Below are positions 53,550-64,000 of a DNA stretch of 64,000 bases, piece by piece; positions within the stretch are counted from its first letter, which is position 1, and every line of letters begins with the position of its first letter. The notes below the pieces were generated by a model. That model saw only the letters and a program-made list of their open reading frames with translations. It did not search any database and was not told the origin of the DNA. The DNA is from Mobula hypostoma (taxonomy: Eukaryota): the NCBI RefSeq assembly GCF_963921235.1, contig NC_086097.1, positions 47,804,001 to 47,868,000 on the forward strand, written 5' to 3'. Both the position numbers and the translations under genes were made by a program.

Positions 53550-53810
53550 GTAGTGCTATATTACTTTATCAATTGCAAGGAACTTATTCCACAGCAAAAC
53601 AGTGATGGACATTTTAAGTAGTGTTTAAATCCTCCGTTTGCAATTTGTATCTTCTGAGTTCAGATGAACATGTTACAGCCTAGCTATTTTTCTTAGATTA
53701 ACAATTTAAGTTAAATGACCAATTTAACTGTGCTTTTCTCTGAAGATGAGACTTAAATTTTAATTGTGAAAATGTACATAAATAGTACCATGATTCTTAT
53801 TTTTTTCTAG

Positions 53811-53923
53811 ATTAATCTGTTGCGGAGCACCATCAACAAGTTAGTTTGTGATAGGTTCCTGAATTCATGGAAACGTGAAGAAATACAGAAACTGCAAAAT
53901 GAAGCTCGCCTCAGATTGTTAGA
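53811..53923 (+). CDS. TDRD9: TDRD9 coding exon 14, INLLRSTINKLVCD...EARLRLL
   Basis: tttctag|ATT, GA|gtaagg; 113 nt; INKLVCD motif. Confidence 0.92.
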
Positions 53924-54459
53924 GTAAGGCCTGTGCAATTTCTATTATTTAATGTACTGCTAATATCCAGGGTGACCTATTAGTTATACAGTACAAAGAC
54001 AGAGAAGTGACTAGATTTGAGTGTTGAGTCTTTGCAAACTGGTAAATGATTTATATTTTTGAATGTGTAGGTTTTCCTTTTATGCATTATAACCAAATTC
54101 CAAAGTTGTATAATGAACAGAGTACTTTGAAGCTTGTTACATCAGAATATTAATGGTACGTAGTGAAGGATTTAATGGCTGTGATGGTGATTGGAAGATT
54201 GTTGAGAACATCTGATATCATTGTTCGGATTTATTCCTTTTGGAGAAAAGTAATCAATATCAATGTTTTTGTCCAATCTTTTTGACTCCAGAAAATTTGA
54301 CAGGAACAGAGGAATGAAAGAAAGTTGTGAATGTGAAAGAGGTGTAGACGAATGTAGCAACCAAAGATATGTTAAGTATCCCATCAAGTTTTGTGAGGAT
54401 AGATGAGGTTTGGCATATAGGCTGTTTAAAGATACTAAAGATTTAAGCCAAGTATGTGA

Positions 54460-56520
54460 AGAAGGAGATTGGTTTATTATTGTCACATGTACCAAGATAG
54501 AGTAAAAGGCTTGCCTTGCATACTGTTTATGCAGATTTAATCATTACACATTTCATTAAGCTAGAATAAGGTGAAACACTACAATGCAACACAAAGTGTA
54601 AAAGCTACCTAAAAAATGTGGTGCAGGTAAGCAATAAAGTGCAAAGTCGTAAGGTAGATCATGAGGCCAAGAGTCCATCTCATCATAAAACAGGTCATTT
54701 CAAGAGTCTGATAACAGTGGGATTGAAGCTGTCCTGAGACTAGTTGTATGTGCTTTAAGGCTTTCACATCTTCTGCCTGATGGGAGAGGGGAGAACAGAG
54801 AAAATCTGGGATGGATGGAGTCTTTGATTATAACTGCCTTAAGATTGTTACAGATGGCGGTGGAAATTGGAATAAGCTCCCACTACTTATTAAATGCCTC
54901 AAATAGCCTCTAACAACCAAGTCCAGCTCCTGGCCTTCAGGTGTGACTTAGCTACTAAGTCTGGTGAAACAATTTTTGTTGACAGGAGAGGGGGCGTAGG
55001 TGGATTACTGGCGCCTTAAAACCAGTTGGTTTGCGCAGATGGGGTTTGTCAGCCGTCGTTGGCAGCTCATCTGGGAAATGGGAAAACTCTGCTGCCTTGC
55101 AGCTAGACCCATTCATGGGGAAGGCTTCAGGAGAAAACCCCGGAGTTAAGAGTCCCTGAAACAGTCCTTTGAGTTCAACATTGACTGGCAACTCCTACGA
55201 TGCTGCAAGTGCCAAACTCTCTGCCATTCCTTTGGGTTCATCAGAAGCTTGAAGAGGGGAGATTTGTTACATGGGTATCATCTTGCTCTCCATATTATAC
55301 TGCCCTGACTTGCATATCTAGACAGCTAGGATGAAATATCTTTGGTCGACCCTGACCCAATGGAGGCCTCATTCAGTCACTAAAGCAACAAGAAGTACAG
55401 ACAGAGACCATAGAGGGGAGGCTAATTTATATGATATGCTAAGCTGTATCCACAGCTATATGCAGTTTCTTCCCGTCATGCACAGAACAGCTACCATACC
55501 AAGCCAGTATGCATCCAAACAGACCGCTTTCTATTATGCATTGATTAAAAAATTGGTAAGAGTCGATGGGGTGTGCTGAATTGGTAAGCTTCCTTGGCCG
55601 TCCCATCATCATGGTTGGACCAGGATATGGTGTTCATACCTAGGAACTTCAAACTCTCAACCTCTCAACTCCACACTGTTGATGTAGACAGGTCCATTTG
55701 CTCTGCTCCCCCTTTCTGAAGTCAGTGACCTGCTCTTATTTTGTAACATTGAGGTATAGTAGCATGTCACTAAGCTCTCTATCTCCTTCAGGTACTCAAG
55801 CTCGTTATTTGAGATGCAGCCCACAACAGTAGCATCATCCTCAGACTTGTAGATGACTTGGAGAAGAATCTAGCCATACAGTCATGAGTATGCAAGAAGA
55901 AGGGAGCTGAGGACAAAACCTTGTTTAGCGCCTGCATTTAGGAAAATCATGGCAGATGTGTTACTGCCTATCCTTACTGATTGCGGTCCCTTGGTCAGAA
56001 GGTCAAGGATCCAGTTGCAGAGGGAGTCATTAACTCCCAGGATCCAGAGTTTGGAAATGCTTGTTGAAATAATAGTCTTGAAGGCAAATCTGTAGTTCAT
56101 AAACAATAGTCTGACATAGGTGTCTTTACGTTCCAGATGCCTCAGAGATGAATGTAGGGCCAGGGAGATGGTGTCTGCCACAGACCTGTTTTGCTGGTAG
56201 GCAGTTTGCAGTTGGTTGAGATTGTCTGAAATGCTGGAGTTGATGCATGCCTTAACAAGCCTCTTGAAGCACTTCACGATAGTAGATGTTGGAGCAACTA
56301 AGTGGTAGTCATTAAGGCACATTACCTTGTTTTAATAGAGTGCTGGGATGATAAAGCAGAAGGAATCCACCTCCTGATGTAGAGAGAAGTTAAAAATATC
56401 TGTAAAACTCCCTACCAGCTGATCTGGACAGGATCTAAAGACACAGTCAGGGACACCTTATAGGCGTGATGCTTTTTGCGATTTCACCCTCTGGAAGGCT
56501 GATCTTGTGTCTGCAGTGGT
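54460..56520 (-). mobile_element. Decayed Rex1/Babar LINE with a non-coding insertion at about 54845-55375
   Basis: ORF 55882..56322 LNDYHLVA...QGFVLS. Confidence 0.7.
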
Positions 56521-56879
56521 ATAAAAGGTTTCCCTATGAGATGACCAGTAGCAGTGACTCGAGACCAACGACTGAAGAAGATGACCTTGACAAGCCGTCA
56601 GTTTTGCAAATTATGCAAGTAGCTAAAAGAGTTCTGACATAAGGAGTTAATGCGTTTTGTTTGAATCTACCTCATGAATCATTGATTTATTTGAATCAAA
56701 TGTGATTATTAAACAAGAATAGTTTTTAGGACGAGTCATTGGCATATTTTATCTTGTACTGTAATTGGCAGCACAAATTTGGGAAATGAAGTAAACTAAA
56801 ATCATGCAGGGAAAATGATTTGTGATTGTCGGGAGAGGGAAGGGAGAATATCGGATAGTGGAGAGCACTCCTGCGGCCG

Positions 56880-59800
56880 TCCCCCTCAACAATATGTACT
56901 CCATTTTGAGTACTGTTTTGGGGGTGGGGTGACCTACCTGGTGGAAGCAACAGCAGCCATCGCTCTGGCACTGAGTCTGGCCTTTTGCCTCAGAAAGGTA
57001 GGGAACTGAAGAGGATGGCAGCAGTAATAGTGGACTCAATAATTCAGGGAGCAGATAGGTGATTTTGTGGACAGTAAAAAGAGACATAGATCTTAGTTTA
57101 CCTCCCAGGTGCAAGGATCCACTAAATTCTTGAATGCATCCACAATATCCTGAAAAGGGAGGGTGAGCAGCCGGAAGTTTTGGTACATATTGGTACTAAC
57201 CACATAGGTAGATAAAGGGAGGAGGTCCTGAAAACAGAATACAGGGAGTTAGGAAGGAAGCTGAGAAACAGGACTTCAAGTGTAGTAATCTCAGGATTGC
57301 TGCCTGTGCTACTCGACAGTGAGGATAGGAATAGAATGAGGTGGTGGATAAATGTGTGGCTGGAGAATTGGAGCAGGGGGCAGGGATTCAGATTTCTGGA
57401 TCATTGGGATCCCTTCTGGGGCAGGTTTACTCGAGCAGTTGGGAATGGTTTAAACTAATATGGCAGGGGAATGGGAACCAGTATGATAGAGCTGAGGATG
57501 AGCCAGCAGGTTTACAAGTGGATGATGGATATAACATGAATGTAAGGAAGGAAAAGCCAATAATTGGGTACAAATGCAGACAGAGCAAAGAGTACCACAG
57601 GGACAAAATTCAAAAGGACCAAGAATGCAGGACTGAAGGTTCTGTGCTTATATGCGCGTAGCATTTGGAAAAAGGTGGATGAATTCATAGCACAATTAGA
57701 GATTGGTCGGTATGACATTGTGGGCATCACAGAGTTGTGGCTGAAAGAAGGCCAAAGTTGAGAGCGTAACATTAAAGGATATACTATGTATCAAAAGGAT
57801 GGATAGGTGGTGGTGCGGCTCTGTTGGTTAGAGATGGAATTGTATCTTTAGAAAGAGGAGATATAGGATCAGAGAATGTTGAATCTTTGTGGATGGAGTT
57901 AAAAAAACTGTAAGGGTAAAGAAACCACTATGGGAATCATATGTAGACCTTCAAATAGCAGCCAAGATGTGGGATTCAGTTTGCAAAGGGAGTTGGAAAA
58001 GACATGTAATAAGGGTAATGTCACAATTGTAATGGAGGATTTCGATGTGCAAGGGGATTGAGAAAATCAGGTTGGTGTCATATCTCAAGAGGGGAAACTT
58101 GTTGAATGCCTATGAGATGGCTTTTTAGAGCAGCTTCTGCTTGAGCCTACTCGGGGAAAGGCCATCTTATATTGGGTATTGTGTAACCACCTAGATCTTA
58201 TTGGGGAGCTTAATATAAAGGAACCCTTAGCAGGCAATGATCATAATATGATTGAATTCATATTTCAATTTGAGAGGGAGAAGCATAACACATATATATT
58301 AGTATCGCAATGGAATAAAGGCATGAGAGAGGAGCTTTCCCATATGGATTTGATAGGGATATTGGCGGGGATGATGGCAGAACAGAGGTGGCTGAAGTTT
58401 CTGGGAATAGTTCACAAGGCACAGAATAGATCCCACAGAAGAAATTGTCCTCAAATGGCAGGGCTAGGCAACTGTGGCTGACAAGGGAAGTTAAAAGCCA
58501 GGAAAGGGCATATAAAGTAGCAAAAATGAGTGGGAAGTTGGGTGATTGAGAAGCTTTTAAAATCCAACAAAAGGCAACTTAAGAAAAAACAGCTATAAGA
58601 AGGGGAAAGATGAAATATAATGGCAAACTAGCCAATAATATAAAGCAGGATACTAAAAGATTTTTCAGTTGTACAGAGTAAAAGGGAGGTGAGAGTTGAT
58701 ATTGGACCATTGGAAAATGATGCTGGTGAGGTAGTAATGGGTGGTGGGGCAAAGAAATGGCAGGTGAACTTGAGTACTTTGTATCAGCCTTCACTGTGGG
58801 AAACACTAGCAGTGTGCCCAACGTCCGTGAGTGTCAGGGAGCAGGGGTGAGTGCCATTGCTATTGCAAAGGAAAAATTGCTAGGCAAACTGCAAGGTCTT
58901 AAGGTGAATAAGTCACCTGGACCATATGGACTATAAACCAGAGTCCTGAGAGAGGTTGCTGAAGAGATAATGGATGCGTTGGTCATGATCTTTCAAGAAT
59001 CACTTGTTCTGGTATGGTCCCAGAGGACTAGAAGATAGCTAATGTCATGCCGCTCTTTGATAAGGGAGGAAGGCAAAAGAAAGGAAATTATAGGCCAGTT
59101 AGCCTAACTTCAGTGGTTGGGAAAGTCTTGAAGTCTATTATTAAAGGTACTTGGAGACTAATGATAAACTAAGTCAGCAAGGTTTCTGTAAAGGGAAATC
59201 TTGCCTGACAAATCTGTTAGAGTTCTTTGAGGAAGTAACAAACAGGGTGGACAAAGAGGAGGCAGTAGATGTTATTTACTTGGATTTTCAGAAAGCATTT
59301 GATAAGTTGCCACATATGAGGCTGCTAACAGGGTAAAATCCTATGACATTACAGGAAAGATACAGGCATGGAAGAAGGAATGGATGACAGGCAGGAGGCA
59401 GTGAGCAAGAATAAAGGGGACCTTTTCTGCTTGGCTGCCAGTGACTTATGTTGTTCCTCAAGGGTCAGTACTGGGTTCTCTACTTTTCATTGTCAATGCT
59501 TTGGAATGAAATTAATGGCTTTATGACAAAGTTTGCAGATGATATGAAGACAGGTGTAAGGGTAGGTAATGCTGAGGTAGCAATGCGATTACAGCAGCAC
59601 TTGGACAAATTGGAAGAATGGGTAAAAAATGGCAAATGGACAAGTGTTGGGAAATGTATGATAATGCATTTTGGTATAAGGAACAATAGTGCGGACAATT
59701 ATCAAACTGGGGAGAAGCTTCAAACATCAGAGGTGCAGAGGGATGTAAGATTCCTTGTGCAAGACTCCCAGAAGGTTAATTTACAGGTCTTAAGACACTA

Positions 59801-60355
59801 GTCAGGCCACACTAGGATTATTGTCAACAGTTTTGTGCCCCACATCTCAGAAAGGATGTGCTATCATTGGTGAGAGTCCAGAGAAAGTTCACGAGGATGA
59901 TTCCAGGAATGAAGAAGTTAACATATGAGGAGCATTTGGCAGCATTGGGCCTGTACTCACTGGAATTTAGAAGAATGTAGGGGAATCTCATTGAAACCTA
60001 CCGAATGTTGAAAGGACTAGATAAGGTGGATGTGGAGAGGATGTTTCTTATGGTGAGATATCCAGAACTAGAGTGTACAGCTTCAAAATTGAGGGGCGAC
60101 CTTTTAGAACAGAGGTAAGGGGGAAGTTTTTTAGCCAGAGAGTAGTGAATTTGTGGAATGCTCTGCTGCAGATTGTGGTGGAGGCCATGACTGTGGGTAT
60201 ATTTAAAGCGGAAGTTGATAGTTTTCTGATTGTCAGAGCATCAAAGGATATGGTGAGAAGGCACATGTATAGGGTTGAGTGGTATCTGGGATCAGCCATG
60301 ATAAAAATGGTGGAGCAGACTTGGGTTGAATGGCCTAATCCTGCTCCTATGTTGG
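56880..60355 (+). mobile_element. Long decayed CR1 LINE (ORF1 esterase, APE, RT, 3' tail)
   Basis: VHIGTN at about 57182; LKVLCLYARSI/GITELWL; LDFQKAFD (59151..); FADD (59448..); CCTAATCCTGCTCCTATG tail. Confidence 0.88.
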
Positions 60356-60890
60356 AAGAGCTGGTGAGTATGTGTGGTGATTGCTCTTAGTTTTGGAATG
60401 TGAAGGATATTATTTGGCTTGTTTATCTTATCAGCAAAGGATGTAGCACAATTGCTTTTGATTGAAGATAGTTACATTGCAGTATTTTCTATCTCACTAG
60501 CCATTTCAGGTTTTGTTCATGTAATACTTCGATTAGTTTTGTTTTAAGTTGGTTGCTAATATTTTGACATTTTTCATGGTTAAGTTTGCTCATTCAAGAA
60601 ACAACAAATTCAAATATCCCGGTCATTTTGGTTATAATTTTAATTTATACAATATGTTCCTGATAGTTATGGTTTAAAGTTGTTGATATATTTTCTTGTG
60701 AAAGATGACTTTCTTTTTGCTCATTGTCCTATCATCCTTGTACCACCAACTTTGTAGTGAATAGTTCTGTACTTCTCAAGACTTGATGTGGAATTGTCAT
60801 GTAATATAGATTGAATATAATGGCTGTCAACTGGAAACAGTATAATAGACTGTAAAATTATATTCTGTCAAATTCTCAATTTATTTACAG

Positions 60891-60963
60891 CATTTTTATT
60901 GGAAAGAAACCCAGAGAAACTATTAAATCTCAGTACTTTGAAAGACCATACCAGTGGAATCAG
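60891..60963 (+). CDS. TDRD9: TDRD9 coding exon 15, IFIGKKPRETIKSQYFERPYQWNQ (probably penultimate)
   Basis: ttacag|C, CAG|gtagtt; 73 nt, phase 2-0; KPRE...PYxWNQ motif. Confidence 0.9.
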
Positions 60964-61123
60964 GTAGTTGTGTTTTTATGCTTGCAATTTAACCCTAAAG
61001 GGTAACTGTTCACTGACTGTTACCATATTAGAATTGCCTTTGCAGATTAGTGAATAACCAAAGGGTTTACTAACAACTTCATGGAAAATGTATTTTTAGA
61101 AACTAGATTTTTTCATCCAGACC

Positions 61124-64000
61124 TGTTCAGTTACTGTTTAACTGGTTAGCAAAACAAGCCAGGAAGGTGCATTGCCATAAGTTTGATATCATTTGCGGGT
61201 AAATTTCTAGAGAGGATTCTAAGAGACAGGATCTGTAACGAGAGTCTTTGGTGAGGATGGTTTGGACCCAAATGCTGGAGTATCTGAAGCAAGGTTCGAG
61301 ACACAGTATCAAACTGGATCTGAGCACAAAACAAATGCTAGGCAATATTATTAGTAGACTTGTGATTGAGCACCGAACCACAGTTCAGGTGTTCCTTAAA
61401 TACTTAATTCTTGGTGCTAGAAACATGATTACCAATTAGTGGGAACGTCCTGAACCTTTAAAAGGGCCACGGCACCTAGTCGTACTCTGGGGAGGTTCAG
61501 TGTTTAAATCCCGGAAGCTGGCACTGTTAGGGGCATCTCGTAACAGGACCCCCTTTCCTATGGCTAACTTCTGACGGCCCAGGCTGCTGGGAGAGGCAGA
61601 GATGGTAATCATGGTTGAGAACTGGATCCAAGATCTTTCTTTTGGGCACCGAATACCTCTCCTCGGGCCCAATCCATCACAGTCTGCGAGGACTTGACGA
61701 ATCCCTTGAACAGTGTGTGAGTCCAAAACACTTTTCACCATGAAGACCTGTTCCCCCTCAACTGGCTGATTGTGGTGGGGCTAAGGGACTGGTGCAGACA
61801 GGTTTTAATTTAGAAATGTGGAAGGTGGAATGGATCTGTAGGGTCTTGGGGAGCTTCAAGGTGTAAGCCACTGGGTTTACGTTCCTCGGGATTTCAAAGG
61901 GTCTAATGAACTTGGGCACCAACCTTTAGAGATCTCAACTTTTGAGATCTTTGGCCACAGGGATTCCAATCTCAGCCTTTTGTTCCAGAAAGAGAGGCGG
62001 AGGTTAACCAAACTCGCACTCAAACGGTGACATCTCATACGCCGAATACTGTAAGGTGTTATGGGCAACTGCTATCCACATAAAAACAGTTTCACCATTC
62101 ACCTGGTCTTTCCAAAGTGAGGCATCTTAGAGTACATTCTAATTCCTGTTTGGTCTACTCCGTCTGGCTGTTGGACTGCGGGTGAAACCCAGAGAAAAGG
62201 CTTGCTGTTGCCCCTATCAGTTTGCAGAACACCCTCTAGAAATGTGATGTGAATTGTGGACCATGATCTGAGACAATGTCCACCGGAATCTGTGGGTGTT
62301 GAAGACTTGGTCCAGGATAATCTCAGCCGTTTCCAACGCAGTGGTAGCTTCTCCCAAGGCAATGAACTTGCAGGCTTTCGAAAACCGATTGACAACTGCC
62401 ATGATGACTAACTTCCTCTTGGATGGTGGGAGATCTGTGACAAGGTCCATGGAGATGTGTGCCCAAGGTCTTTCCAGAACAGGTAGGGAGTGGAGGAGCC
62501 TTTGAGATTAGGTACGGGATTCCTTGTTCTGGACGCATGCCTCACATGCCTACACGTACTGCTGAACATCTTGCGTCATTCCGGGCCACTAATACCTCCT
62601 CTTAATAAACTCGAGGGTTCTGGCAATCCCAGGGTGTGTGGTATTTCTCAACAAATGCCCCCGTTGGAGTACCTGGGATCAGACAGAACTTGGGATGAAC
62701 AACCTACCTGGAGGACAGTTCCTAGGAATCTCCCCTTGTACTTGGGCCTTGTGAACAAGAGTGTCAATACCCTAACGAATTGGTGCTACCATCCTGGCCT
62801 GTAGGAAAATGGTGGTCGGCTGCTCCTCTTATTGTAATTCATCAAACAGATGTGACACCGCATCAAGATTCTGGTTTTTTCAACCCCAGTCTGTAGGTCA
62901 TGATAAATTCAAAGCAGTTAAAGAACAAAGCCCACCCGGCTTGCCTGGAATTCAGCCTCTTGCCCTCCTGAATATAAGTTAGGTTCTTGTGGTCAGTCCA
63001 AATGATGAAAGGGTTCTTGGCCCCCTTTAGCTAGTTTCGCCATTCCTCCAAGGCTAACTTAACTGCAAGAAATTCCCAATTCCCAATGCCATAGTTCCTC
63101 TCTGCCAGGGATAGCTACCTGGAGAAGAATGCATGTGGATGCAATTTACCATCTGAAGGTGATCATTGGGACAAGATGTCACCCATTCCGATGTCTGAGA
63201 TGTGCGCTTCCATGATGAAGGGAAAATCCGGGTTAGGAGAAACTAAGATCGGAGCTGTTGTGAACCACTGCTTAAGTTCTGCAAAAGCAGCCTCCACTTC
63301 AATCATCCAGACAAAAGGTCCTGTGAATTTCTTAGTTGGGGCTGTCAGTGGAGCTGCCACTGAGCTGAAGTTCCTGACGAACTTCTGGTAGGAGTTAACA
63401 AACCCCAAGAATCGCTGAGCTTGTTTGATACTGGATGGTGGTTGCCAGTCTCACTGTCTGGGATCTGATAGGGTCCATCTTGAGATTGCTGTTGGAGATG
63501 ATGAAACCCAAAAATGAAACAGTTGTCACATAAAACTCTGACTTCTCTAACTTGACATAAAGTCCATAGTCTAAGAGCCTCTTTAAAATGTCCCTGACAT
63601 GAGCGACTTATTCCTCCATGGACTTTGAGAAAATTAGGATATCATCCAGGTAGACAAAGACATGCTTAGGACGAGTATCCTGGAGCATGTAGGTTCTAAG
63701 GGCTTGGAAAACAGCTGGAGTGTTTGCAAGGCCAAAGAGCATAACCGGATAGTCATAGCGCCCTGTGGGTGTATTGAATGTAGTCTTCTAGTTTTGCGAA
63801 TGTCCTTGCTCCTTGGAGCATCTTGAAAGCCATATTCATGAGTAGAATATTCAATTCTTGGCTATTATGTGATTTAATCCCCTATAATCAATGCACGGCC
63901 GCAGGCTCCCATCTTTCTTTTGTACGAAGAAGCCTGCACTGGCAGCTGATGTGGATGGTCGAATGAAGCCCATGGCAAGAGCTTCCTTTATATACTCCTC
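61124..64000 (-). mobile_element. Decayed Ty3/Gypsy LTR retrotransposon (sushi/chromovirus-like): RT, RNase H, integrase, PPT, putative 3' LTR about 61124-61748
   Basis: [12 protein letters not shown] at about 63625-63661 (minus); ORF 63163..63408; integrase MDLVTDLP..VVNRFSK; polypurine GAGGGGGAA at about 61751-61759 (minus). Confidence 0.85.

Overview
Eukaryotic vertebrate genomic DNA. The repeat landscape (CR1, Rex1/Babar, V-SINE-like and palindromic Penelope-like repeats) suggests a cartilaginous fish such as a ray or skate, which is an inference. The only host gene I can support is a + strand stretch of TDRD9, the piRNA-pathway Tudor-domain DExH helicase. Fifteen GT-AG coding exons between 5725 and 60963 splice with consistent phases into 1941 nt (647 aa) without a stop. 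They cover the region after the helicase core, the Tudor domain (YYRA...FFVDYGN) and most of the C-terminus; the upstream and final exons were not found in the window. Almost all of the rest is intronic transposable element debris, often nested: CR1, Rex1/Babar, RTE and HERO-like LINEs, several Tc1 elements, a Buster/ZBED8-like hAT, a deleted BEL/Pao LTR element, a Gypsy element and tRNA-type SINEs. Most ORFs in the supplied track are TE fragments or antisense shadows. The most curious signals are short palindromic repeats with decayed hammerhead-ribozyme cores, a CpG-rich non-coding element with a 3' stem-loop and (ATCTA)n tail, and a composite MITE. I found no prokaryote-style system. Exon coordinates were counted base by base; most TE boundaries are approximate, and family assignments rest on recalled motifs, not database searches.
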